Assembly: GCA_951406725.2 (NCBI GenBank)
Contig: OX597816.1
Span: 77,810,001 to 77,874,000 of the forward strand
Origin: Octopus vulgaris
Taxonomy: Eukaryota
Reading direction: 5' to 3'
Length of the DNA stretch: 64,000 nt
Position 1 is the stretch's first letter. Each line of letters begins with the position of its first letter. Shown piece by piece: positions 52,020-64,000 of this stretch. The notes beneath the pieces were generated by a model. That model saw nothing but the letters and a program-made list of their open reading frames with translations. It was not told the origin of the DNA and ran no database searches. Position numbers and translations under genes: made by a program.

Positions 52020-52650
52020 TAATTCTTTCTAATTTTGGCAGCAATTTTAGGGACAGGGAGAAAATTGATTACATCGATCCTAGTATTTGACTCGCACTTA
52101 TTTCATCGACACCGAAAGGATGAAAGGTAAAGTTGATCTCAGAACGTAAACAGCTGAAAGAAATATTCCAAAACATTTCGTCCGACGAGCTACCGATGCC
52201 GTCTTCTTGATAATAACTGCTTAAAATTTTGGCACAAGGCCAGGAAATTCTTCTCTCTATGTGTGAGTGTGTGTATGAGCGCGTGTGTTTGTGCGCGCGT
52301 GCCTCTGTGTTGTGTAGGTTATCGACTCTAGTACTCGATTTTCTCGACTGCGAAAAGATGAAAGGCAAAGCTAGCCTCAGCGAGTTTGAGCTAAGCATGC
52401 AAAGAACCGGAAGTTATATCGCTAAACAATTTTTCCGGCGTACTAACGACTCTACCGGCTCCTTCTTAATAATCTTTTCTACTATAGGCACACGACGTAA
52501 ACTTTCGGGTTGGGAACCAGTAGATTATTCCGAACTTATGAAAGGCAAAATCGACGTCGGCGGGATTTGAATTCAGAACGTAAAGACGGACGAAGTACCA
52601 CTAAGTATTTTGTCCGGCGTGCTAATGATCCTGCCGGCTCACTCCGATAA
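52020..52650 (-). mobile_element. Cluster of degenerate dominant SINEs
   Basis: GATGAAAGG.AAAG motifs repeated. Confidence 0.7.
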
Positions 52651-52669
52651 TAATAAAAAAAAAAAAAAA

Positions 52670-52720
<51 letters not shown>

Positions 52721-52721
<1 letters not shown>

Positions 52722-53263
52722 TACCAGGCAGTGGCTCTCATGGCTTCTGATCTTAACTGATTGGAAGTGTTATCATGTACATTGTTTTGTCTTGGTATAA
52801 AAGATGGGCTACAGCAAATATTCTGCTCAATACCACAGATTTGCTTGTCAGTTGTTTGACCTTAACCAGTTGAGCATGTCCCTTAGTGGCTGACAATACG
52901 TGCATCTCTGATCACGAGCAGAAGTAGTGGGGGAGCATCATGACCATGTGTTGAGAGGGATTCTTTGGAGTTTGAATAATTCACCTCTAGAAACATAGGT
53001 GTTTCGCTCAACATCCTAAAGCAACCCTTATTCAGGGACCTTTTGAGCAGGATGGGCTACTCAACCTGAAGAAAATTCTAACTGGGCCCCACCTGCAAGG
53101 TCATGTGCTGTTTATCTTGATATGAGATCACCATGTCGCGCACATATGGTTGTGATGCATGTGCCTGGTGTACCTTTATCAGACGGGTAGTCATGATGGG
53201 TATATTGGGCTTCGTATATTTTACCCCAGTGTCACTTTGATGGCATGAACTGCTCTCTCACTC

Positions 53264-53264
<1 letters not shown>
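52721..53264 (+). mobile_element. ~550-bp (AAT)n-embedded element, copy 2
   Basis: Matches 37041-37530; (AAT)n on both sides. Confidence 0.85.
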
Positions 53265-53304
<40 letters not shown>

Positions 53305-53685
53305 CAACAGCAACAACTACAATAACAACACCACCACCAACAACAACAACAACAATCCTTTCTACTAAAGGCACAAAGTCTGAATTTTTTTGTGGGGAGG
53401 AGACCAGTCGATTACTTCGACCCCAGTGATTCGCTGGGTACTTAATTCATCGACCCCGAAAGGATGAAAAGCAATTTGAACTCAGAACATAAAGACAGAC
53501 GAAATACACTGGAAATAAATACAATAGTTTTCGTTACCATTTACTAAAACTCCGCCAGCTTACTTAATGGTGTTGTTTAATTATAGATGTATGTGTCATC
53601 GGTTTCCATTATTACGTGTTAGTGTCTTTTATGGTCAAATGGAAGTGTATACATGTGTGCGTATGTACACGTGTGTGAGTGTGTG

Positions 53686-53731
<46 letters not shown>

Positions 53732-54444
53732 TGAACAAACATACATATATACACACAAGTACATGACGCACGCACGCACACGCACACACACACACACACA
53801 TACACACACATACGCGTGTCCAAGCAGATTGATCTCTTGAATTATAGATGAACCCATAACGCCTCCTAATGACTAGCATGAGTCGGTATGCCTCTGAAAA
53901 TTATAACATATATACAGTCAAGTATTCTCCACATTTTGGTCGTCAGTGTTATTGTCGCCTTTATTGTTCCGCTCAATATTGTTTATTTCTTTATAAACAT
54001 TCTTATAGTTTTGCGTGTTGTTCTCACTAATAACGATTTCCAGTATTGACACCAGATCACACATTTTGAGGGAGAAATAAAATAGTTGTCAAAATCCACT
54101 TGACTGTTACTGGTTTAATTGACCTCGGAACGATGAAAGGTAAAAATGATTTTGGAGGTATTTGAACTTAGAATTTGAAATGTCTGTAACTAAATAACGG
54201 GTGGTATTTTTTACGCAATGTTGCAACCATTCTTCCAAATCGCTGTAAGTAAGCCGGCAAAATTTAGCAGATGGTAACGAATACTGTTATTCTTATTATT
54301 ATTAAGATGGCGGTGAACCGACAGAAGCAGAATTGTTAGCACACCGGGAAAACATGCTTAACTGCATTTCGCCTGCTTTTATGTTTTGAGTTCAAATTCC
54401 GCCGAGGTCGACTTTCATCCTTTTCGGGGTTGATAAAGTAAGTT

Positions 54445-54858
54445 CCAGTTTCAGTCGTTGGACTGCAGCCATGCTGGGGCACCGCCATGGAGGATTTAGA
54501 CGAACAAATAAATTCTAGCACTTACTCTTAAGTCATACTTAATCTATCAATCTTCTTTGCCGAACCACTAATTATGATAATGTAAACAAGCCAACACCGG
54601 TCGTTAAGTATTGGAGATGACAAACACAAACACACGCACATACACGCGCACACACACACACACACACACGCACACACACACACACACATACATATATTAA
54701 TAATATGTATACGACGAGCTTCCACTCAGTTTCCATCTGCCAAATTCACTCACAAGGCATTGGTAGGCCCGGTACTATAGTAGAACACACTTGTCTATGG
54801 TATTGTACAACCAGGTAGATGTAAAATGAGCTTCTTAACCACATAACCATACCAGTGC
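54445..54858 (-). mobile_element. Microsatellite-containing SINE, degenerate
   Basis: Reverse match to 49864-50317. Confidence 0.75.
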
Positions 54859-55109
54859 CTATATTTTGAAGAAAAATTGGCTGGTATTTCTTGCAGCTCA
54901 ACTAAACAAGTAGTATTTGCCTTGTTGGTTCGCCGTGTTTTGCCTTTGATGTTATCGTCATTGTGGTTATTGTTGTTACGGTTTATTCCCAAGTCCGATA
55001 TAACAGACATGACGAAAAGTATCTGGTTCTTTTCTTGGATATGAGGTGCATTCTAGAAGTTTTGAGATTTTTTAGGAGACGCAGTTATAACTGTCCTACT
55101 TTATTGTCC

Positions 55110-55204
55110 TAATTGCCAATAGAAAAAGAGCCGGTTTCTAACATCGATTCATTGGAATTTCAACATCAACAACAGAGTATGTACGTATGTACGTATGTAT
55201 GTAC

Positions 55205-55235
<31 letters not shown>

Positions 55236-55632
55236 TGTATGTATGTATGTATGTATGTATGTATGTATGTATGTATGTATGTGTGCAGATTTCTGTTTTG
55301 CATTATGCATGTATTCCCATGCATATAATTGCATATCGAGACATGCTCATATATATTTAAATGATAAACTTCTGGAAAGTTTTACAGATTTTTTACAATT
55401 CCGGTGATGGATTGGATCTGTAGTCTTCGAATTAGTTTTCTCCTTTCTGGTTTTGAGAAGCCTAATTTCTCAAAGCTGGTATTTAAACAGTGTGTTACAT
55501 ATCTCATGGCCCTAATATTTGCAGGTATAAATCTGAACTTGTAATCTATTAGAGTAACTGTAGATTTCTCAATAGTTCAGCATAGATGTTCTCTTTTTCA
55601 TTGATCTTCAGCTTTATGTTAACATCTGCTGG
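55110..55632 (-). mobile_element. 3' fragment of a restriction-like-endonuclease non-LTR element
   Basis: PADVNIKLKINEKENIYAELLRNLQLL..YKFRFIP; homologous to 8590-8888. Confidence 0.65.
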
Positions 55633-55866
55633 ACGTATCGTCGACCCTACCATCACTTTATGCGCGTTTATCGATTCTGGTAAAGATACTGAGGTATCTC
55701 ACCAATCGTCATCTACGACAAACCGGAACAGAAAAACCGAAAAAAAAAAACAGCTGTGTTCGTTTATATGTCATTATCTTTCCAAGGATTTTTTCTGGCA
55801 GGGTGTCATTCTTACCACGAACCACTTTACAATATAGGCCAAGTGCATTGAATAACCGACACTAGA

Positions 55867-55902
<36 letters not shown>

Positions 55903-56148
55903 GGAAAGAAAGACAGAAAGAAAGAGATAGAAAGAGAGAGAGTTTGTCTCCGTCGAGACCAAAGAGTGTTCAGTAATCTAAGCTTATGTCGTCCGTTCAT
56001 TTCTAATACAAGCATGTTTAACACCAGATCAGCTCTGATCAGTTAAACGCATGATTAACATCGTTCCAGCTGTATCCACATTGTCTGGCTATTTGCTGTG
56101 TTTTATTATTTAGATGTTGTGTATTTTGGAATACACTAAACTAAACTA

Positions 56149-56442
56149 GTACTCCGTCGGATACTACGACGAGGGTTCCACTTCATCCAATCTAGAGAAC
56201 AGCCTGCTCTTGAAATTTACATGCAAGTGGCTGAGCACTCCACAGACACGTGTATCCTTTTTCGTAGTTCTCATAGAAATTCAGTGTGACACGGTGTGAC
56301 AACTCTGGCCCGTTAAATTACAGGTACTACTCATTTTTACTAGCTGAGTGGAAATGTGAAATAAAGTGTCTTGCTCAAAGACACGACGCGCCGCCGGGAA
56401 TCGAACTCACTACTATGAGCTAAATATCCTAACCACTAAGCT
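56149..56442 (-). mobile_element. tRNA-derived SINE (head B, tail Y)
   Basis: Tail matches 44575-44755; body GAGCAAGACACTTTATTTCAC matches the 22822 family. Confidence 0.8.
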
Positions 56443-56915
56443 ACATTGGAACACACAATGTGTCCCCAAATATACAATATCTAAAAGCTGAAAAAAAAAA
56501 ACAATGAATTCTACCTTTGACAGTTGAATGGTGTTTTGAATGAGGTTTGGTAAATTTTTCTAGCAGCAAGGACGACCACATAGAGGGTCACTTGTTGGCT
56601 CGTCATTTGTCCAGTAGACAAGTAGAGTGTCTGTTGTGTTCAGTTTTACATGATTTGTCACACCGAATAAATGAGAATATTGTGTTATTAGAACTAACAA
56701 AGAGCCGAGCAAAATAAATAAATAAGAAGAAAACGAAAGAATATAACGTTAACGAGATGACTGGGCTGAAATACTTTTCTTGATCAAATTCTACATGCAT
56801 ACATACATACATACATACATACATGCATACATACATACATACATACATACATACATACATACATACATACATACATACAGACAGACAGACAGACAGACAG
56901 ACAGATAGATAAGTA

Positions 56916-56961
<46 letters not shown>

Positions 56962-56966
<5 letters not shown>

Positions 56967-57111
56967 AGGGGTGGGTGTGTGGTAAGTAGCTTGCTTACCA
57001 ACCACATGGTTCCGGGTTCAGTCTCACTGCGTGGGACCTTCTACTATAGCCTCGGGCCGACCAAAACCGTGTGAGTGGATTTGGTAGACGGAAACTGAAA
57101 GTAGCCTGTCG
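56962..57111 (+). mobile_element. 5' half of the microsatellite-containing SINE
   Basis: Matches 49864-50020. Confidence 0.8.
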
Positions 57112-57713
57112 CGTGTGTGTGTGTGTGTGAATGCATGGATGCATAATACGCGTGTGTGTATACACACACACATACAGCTGTGTGTGTGTGTGTATGTGTG
57201 CGCGCGCGCGTGTGTGAGAGAGGGAGAGAGAGAGAGGGGTATTGACGTACACTTACGATTCAGCTTCGATGCAAATGCAAACAAATGCAATTTTGAAATA
57301 ATTCATCCCAATTTCGTTAGTTCAACTGATATCAATCAAAACTATACTCTGTTTCATAAAACAAAACTTTTTTTTTATAAATAAACGAACGCCAGAATTT
57401 GGTTAATACATTACAAAAATAAATGCTTTAGATTACCGGTGCCTGATTATGCATATTTCGATATGTCTAGTTCGTTACTTTAATCTTCAGTGTTATATGT
57501 CAGTAAAGCTTGACAAATGTGTTTATCGTTCAAAGATTTCCTGCTGTATATAGATTGTATTGATAACATATTGTGCTGCAATCGAGAGCGCGCTCTATAT
57601 GGCGCACAATACGCATTTTATTTATTATGTATGAATATAAAGCCACTCATACACACACACGTCCTAGTATCTACCTCAGACGAAGCCATGTATGTGTGTC
57701 TGCGGATATACAC

Positions 57714-57799
<86 letters not shown>

Positions 57800-58194
57800 G
57801 CACAGTGAATGTTTCGGAGTCACAAGATTATGCCTGAGCAGCATTGAAATTTATGAGTTATCTTTTTATTGTTTCTGTCTCTGAATCTAACAACCGTTTA
57901 CAGTGGAAAAAGCAGACGACAGCTTTCTTGGTTCCTTCCTTCCTTCCTTCCTTCCTTCCTTCCTTCCTTCCTTCTTTGTCTTCTGAATTTCATTTTTTTT
58001 CCTTTTTGGATATTTCTCGTTTATTGAATATAAATAATCCTTTACAACTGTTATTTATTTATATAGGTACTTTGTACTTGTACGTATGCAAGTATGTAAA
58101 TTTGTATTCGTTCCATTGACTATACTTTGCCTTTTGCTTCATTTTTCTCCTCACCCTATAAACATATATTTACATACATAGTGTCATATATACG

Positions 58195-58239
<45 letters not shown>

Positions 58240-58786
58240 ACATACATATACATATACATACATATATATATTTACATATTTACATGCATATATATATATG
58301 TGTGTGTGTGTGTATACATAAACACACACATGCACATAATGAGAAATACATTAGACAGACATAAATAAGATATATATGTGTGTATATATGCACACATATA
58401 TATATATGTGTGTATGCACATATATATGGGGGGTGTATATGTATGTGTACACATACACCCACATGTATATGGAGTATGTGCTTGTGTTTTTTAAAATACG
58501 ATCGTCTTCTATATTCACTATATTGCCCTACCCACCTAATTCTGCTAGATTGTTAACCATATTCTGTGCTTGAACCTTCGCACACTTCAAAACATTAACA
58601 TCACTCATATAGCCTCTTCTTGATATATGTCAAATTTGCCAAAATCACTTCCTTGTTTAACATGATTTGAATATAAAGTCCATGTTTCATAACCATACAA
58701 TAAAGCAGACATGTTTTGAAAACTGATATCTTAGTATACTATTCATTATTCTCTTCGTTTCTTTTTCTTTTTTCTTTTATTATTAT

Positions 58787-59288
58787 TGAATGAGAGAGCA
58801 GTGCATGCCATCGAAGTGACAGCAGGATAACATATACAAAACACAGTAAACCCATCATGACTACCCGTCTGATAAGGGTACACCAGGCACATGTATTACA
58901 CCCCTACGTGCGCGACATGGGGATCTCATATCAAGATAAATAGTGCATGACTTTGCAGATGGGGCCCAGTTAAAATTTTCTTCAGGTCGAGTAGCCCATC
59001 CCGCTCAAACGGTCCCTGAATAAGGGTTGTTTAAGGATGTTGAACGAAATATCCATGATGTTCCCCTACTACTTCTGCTCGTGACCAGAGATGCACATAA
59101 CGTCAGTCACTAAGGGACATGCTCAACTGGTTAAGGTGAAGCAACTGACAAGCAAATCTGTGGTATTGAGTAAAATATTTGCTGTAGCTTATCTTTTATA
59201 CCTAGACAAAACAATGTACATGATAACACTTCCAATCAGTTAAGATCAGAAGCCATGAGAGCCACTCCCTGGTACTGCATCAGTGTAT
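58787..59288 (-). mobile_element. ~550-bp (AAT)n-embedded element, copy 3
   Basis: Reverse match to 52721-53264. Confidence 0.85.
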
Positions 59289-59291
59289 GTA

Positions 59292-59330
<39 letters not shown>

Positions 59331-59331
<1 letters not shown>

Positions 59332-59815
59332 GAGTGAGAGAACAGTGCATGCCATCAAAGTGACACTGGGGTAAAATATACGAAGCCCAGTATACCCATC
59401 ATGACTACCCGTCTGATAAGGGTACACCAGGCACATGCATCACAACAATATGTGCGCGACATCGGGATCTCATATCAAGATAAACAGCACATGACCTTGC
59501 AGGTGGGGCCCAGTTAAAATTTTCTTCTGGTCGAGTAACCCATCCCGCTCAAAATGTCCCTGAATAAGGATTGTTTAAGGATGTTGAACGACCCACACAT
59601 GTTTCCAAAGGTGAATTGTCCGAACCTCTAAAAATTCCTTTCAACATACGGCTATGATGCCACCCCACTACTTCTGCTCGTGATCAGAGATGCACATATT
59701 GTCAGCCGCTAAGGGACATGGTCAACTGACAAGCAAATCTGTAGTATTGAGCAGAATATTTGCTGTAGCCCATCTTTTATACCAAGACAAAACAATGTAC
59801 ATGATAACACTTCCA

Positions 59816-59818
<3 letters not shown>
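59331..59818 (-). mobile_element. ~550-bp (AAT)n-embedded element, copy 4
   Basis: Reverse match to 52721-53264; tandem with copy 3. Confidence 0.85.
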
Positions 59819-59846
<28 letters not shown>

Positions 59847-61067
59847 TACATCTTTTTTTTCTCACTATAATGAAGAACGTACTTTTCCAGAAGATATTCA
59901 TAACTACTGAATTCTACTTCTTTTATTTAGTATGTCATCATCAAACGTTACAACCCTGTTTAGTGTGGTGCAAAGACATTTGAATGATAATAAGTTTTCC
60001 GAAGTTTTATCATACATCGCTATTTTAGGATTCATGCAAGAATTCGTATAGCAGGGTTGATAAAGAATTACGGTTTTAGCAAAGATTTATTGTGAGGCTT
60101 AACATGTTATATACCATTGAAATTTTATCCTTAAAAGTGTGTAGATTTTTTTACATTTTGTGCAACAATATCATAGCCATCAGCATATAAAAAGATTCTT
60201 ATCAGAGATACACAAACGTTTGATTTAGAATCAAGCCGTTTGAGGTCGAATAAGTTACTAATGTGTAATAAGAAATATAAAACCCTGAGAGAATTCATTG
60301 AAAGCGATCGTAAAAGCAAAAAAAAATATATTGTGAAGTATATAGTAAATATAATAGGAGCAGTTGTAATATTCCCCTGTTGTATACTTTCACTGATTAA
60401 AATGGGTTTGAGCATTCTCCACCGACCACGAAACACTCTATTCTTTTCAACCGTATTTGTTGTGCATGTGATGAGCTTTCTTGTTGTCAGCAGCTTGTTT
60501 TTCCCATCTTATTTTCTTCGAGCCATTGTTGTCTTCGTTCTGGGATCTTCCAGTTCGAGGCGTTTAGGAAGCGTCTTGATTGAAGTTTTTTTTATTTATT
60601 ATTCCCTTTTATCAAGTTAATTTGACTGTTCGTCACGTTGGGAAATCTCAAAAAAAAAAACAAGAATAATTTTCCATTAGATTCGGTTGAATTTAACTCG
60701 CAACGACCGCTGTTCACGTAACTGATTTCAGGTGAATAAAACATGCTACTCGTAACAAAGAGTTTATATGTCGGCGCCCGTTGAAAAGAGGAAAAGTATA
60801 CGACTAAAAGAGTGTATAATGAATAAACGTGAAAATGTAAATATATAAAAGAATAATAATAATAATAATGTATAAATGGTGAGATTATGAATAAATAAAA
60901 GTAGTAAATAAATGTACACAAGTGACGACAAAGATACGTATTCACGCACACATACAATGATATACATATACACACAGACACACATAATGAACCTCTTTAC
61001 CTGCAGCTATGCTTGCACCTACAATATGTGTGTATGTATGTGTGTGTGTGTATAATATATACTATTT

Positions 61068-61105
<38 letters not shown>

Positions 61106-61152
61106 CATATATACATACGCACACACATTCACACGCATATATATATATATGT

Positions 61153-61194
<42 letters not shown>

Positions 61195-61300
61195 ATGTGT
61201 GGACGCATAATATGCAGGAGGAAAAGAGAAGTCTCACAATGGAAAATTGCTAAATGAAATACATAAATAAATGAATGAAATGACTATGTGCGCGCGCATG

Positions 61301-61332
<32 letters not shown>

Positions 61333-61375
61333 TATATCAAAGGCAAATTAGAGTGAAAAAACTACAGAAGGCTTG

Positions 61376-61421
<46 letters not shown>

Positions 61422-61693
61422 TATATTTAATGATGCTGATAATGTATATCGGTCATTTGGTGCGGTTGGCCGTAAAACATTTTTTTATTTTGTTGGGTCA
61501 AATGGTAATGAATAATTTCGTTGTTGCGTTTGTGCGTTTTTGCATTCATGCATGTTTGTGTGCGCGCGCTTAACATAGCTGTCTGCCTTAAATCATAAAG
61601 TAGTCCTTCGCTGTATTATGTCTGGTAAAAGAAAAACGGTGAAGCCACGAATATAGCCGCGTTTAAACGAGAATGAGCTGGGTTCAATACCGA

Positions 61694-62025
61694 TTGTATT
61701 TATTTATTCATTTATTTATTTATGCGCCCTTTTCAAGCCTAGCCAGGCCCATGAGCTCGGTTTCCCGTTTTCTGTGGCGTATGTGTTCCCCCAGCTGGAC
61801 GGGACGCCAGTCCATCGCAGCGTTATTCAAGAAACAGGAAGAAAGAGTGGGAGAGAAAGTTGGGACGAAAGAGTACAACAGGGGACGCCACCACCCCTTG
61901 CCGGAGCCTCGGGGAGTTTTAGGTGTTTTCGCTCAATAAGCACACACAACGCCCGGTCTAGGAATCGAAACCGCGATTCTCCGACCGCGGGTCCGCTGCC
62001 CTAACCACTGGGCCATTGCGCCTCC
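61694..62025 (-). mobile_element. tRNA-derived SINE (head A, tail X)
   Basis: 10-bp TSD TCAATACCGA (61684-61693 / 62026-62035); (TAAA)n tail. Confidence 0.9.
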
Positions 62026-62143
62026 TCAATACCGACTACATGAAATTAACCAGAGGACATTTAAACTATCGCCCAACACGCTAGAATTAGAAGCTAAATC
62101 GCCCTCAGACCAAACCCTGTCGAGTTAAAATGATTATATTCCA

Positions 62144-62669
62144 TAGAGGCGTAAGTCAGGTTCTAAAGTTAGGTGGAGCGAGCACAGAAAAAAAAGGGTG
62201 CCGTGACACGTACCAAACAATCTTTAACTCTTTTCTCTTATATTATGCAAAATATTTCATTAATTATAATATTCGTTATTGCATTCTACATTCATTAATT
62301 TGCTGTTTCTGTAATAATGTCATTATGTATGAAATTTCCAACTACTTATATAGGTGTGACGTGAAAATGATGAAACACCACGGAATCGTTCAGTGTCGAG
62401 ATGTTATGGCGTCAGAGTTTGTTTTGGTTCTTCAGACATAATAAGAGACTGAGCAGAGAGATAAAAAAAAAACAGGGGAGCTTGGTCAGATAAAAGTAAT
62501 GACTCCAGAAAATTCTTCCAAGATCATGCGATTAACAAAGAAAAAGAGATTCGACTTTTATCTCACAAATGAACTAAAGAGGTAAAAGAATGTTGAAAAA
62601 GCGCCGATACTGAAAAAGGTGTTAGGTGGGAGCGGTCGCCCCCCTGTTCCCCTAATTGCTTCGCCACTG
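62144..62669. mobile_element. Possible degenerate non-autonomous DNA transposon
   Basis: Weak terminal inversion TAGAGGCGTAAG / CTTCGCCACTG; no TSD seen. Confidence 0.3.
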
Positions 62670-64000
62670 AATGTATAACGTTGTCCAGGACATAATATTA
62701 TCGAAACAAATGGGTGGTCATGGGCTGGATGCCTTTAAAATAGGGATTCAGAATCATTGGGCCACGAAACAGTACCGGGTCGCAGATAATTTGCATAAAT
62801 TATGAAATATTTGCATAATTTGATGTTTCATTTTATAGATCAACTCAAATAACATCTTCTGTGGTCATTTGCAATAATTCAAGGAAAGATTCTAAAGTAC
62901 CACTTGTTAGATTTTGCCTTACTTCTTTTCGACACATTCATACATACGTACAAAACAGTATATAAAAGTGCAGAAATAGTTCACATTCCACAGGATAAAC
63001 ACTACTTCGTTTCAATTTTTATTTATTTCTGGTATTAAAAAGCACAAGCATATGTAAACCTTCGTTTTGATTAATTTTCAATGAAAAAATGTTATATGGT
63101 CCTGGTGATAAATACAACCTGTGAATGTGAGATATTATAGGGAAAGGTCAAAGTTCGTGACCTTTTGACCTCTGGTGACCTTTTTAAAGAATAAATTTGC
63201 TTATCATTTGCATGAACTTGTAGATCTTCACCAGGCAATCATTTTAAGTGGTCATTTGAAATATTTTGACGAAGATTTGCAAAATTAGAGCTGTTTTAAA
63301 TTTTCCATACCCCTATTTTTCTTGCTCCAGCTCTAAAAGTCTATAGCGGGTGTCTTCCATCTCAGTTTTTCGCTGACTTGTTAAACCCAGGGTTTCATGA
63401 AAATACCCATTAAAGTAAATAACAAGAGGCGGGGGGACCATGACTACCCCCCACTAGCCCATTTGAACACAAATTTGGCAGTTAGTAATAAATGAAAGTC
63501 CATGAAATGAGATCACAATTTAAACAGGCATTAAGGATCGTATATCTCACCTGAAGCGTTTTGTAGCATGTAGTTATTTTACTCGTAATGCCTTTTTTCA
63601 ATGAAAGTCATGTATGATAAACAAAAGCAAACATTTATAGCAAACACACAAATAGAATAATACATACATATACATATAAGATGCTTGTGCATGTGTATAT
63701 CAGCGAATATGTGTGCGTGAGAGAGACAATATATACATACACACACGCAACACGCATAAGCACACGCAACAAAGATAACTTTCGCCCACAGGCATACATT
63801 ATACACATGAAAGCTGTTTGGTCACAGACACACACAAACGTACACATGTGCACACACCACTTGAAAAAGCACACATTAACTACTACAAACAACATACACA
63901 CACACGCACGAACGCACACGCACACCCATACATCAGATTCACTCGCTCCCATTCACACATACACACTCACATACACCATTCTCACATATGCACATACACT

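Larger units (their letters stand above)
58520..60470 (-). mobile_element. Old degenerate RTE LINE, interrupted by later insertions
   Basis: IQQGNITTAPIIFTIYF..NLFDLKRL..IRIFLYADG..LTINL; SALLYGYETWTLY near 58660-58712. Confidence 0.65.

Noticed and set aside
60131-60620. Membrane-protein-like ORFs
   Set aside because: The minus frame is decayed RTE reverse transcriptase and the plus ORF is its antisense

Overview
AT-rich, microsatellite-dense eukaryotic non-coding DNA. The SINE families and repeat density suggest an octopus or other cephalopod (inference from recall, no database search). No intact host gene is evident; most listed ORFs are microsatellite artefacts. The window is a mosaic of transposon relics: a full-length, singly frameshifted mariner (2198-3489); Tc1, IS630/ISRm11-like and pogo/Tigger fragments; MITEs; RTE, CR1, Tx1/L1, R4/Dong-like and Hero-like non-LTR elements; a Penelope-like element (RT + GIY-YIG); and dozens of tRNA-derived SINEs. 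The most notable structure is a 481-bp tandem repeat (42036-42941) in which each unit carries an intact minus-strand type I hammerhead ribozyme, a retrozyme-like layout predicted to release a 481-nt monomer or circle. It lies inside a 173-bp inverted repeat. Five further hammerhead motifs of different families occur elsewhere in the window. Also notable are a SINE tetramer inside a single 16-bp TSD, a SINE tail shared with a Tx1/L1 LINE, and modular head/tail swapping among SINEs. Boundaries of degenerate elements are approximate.
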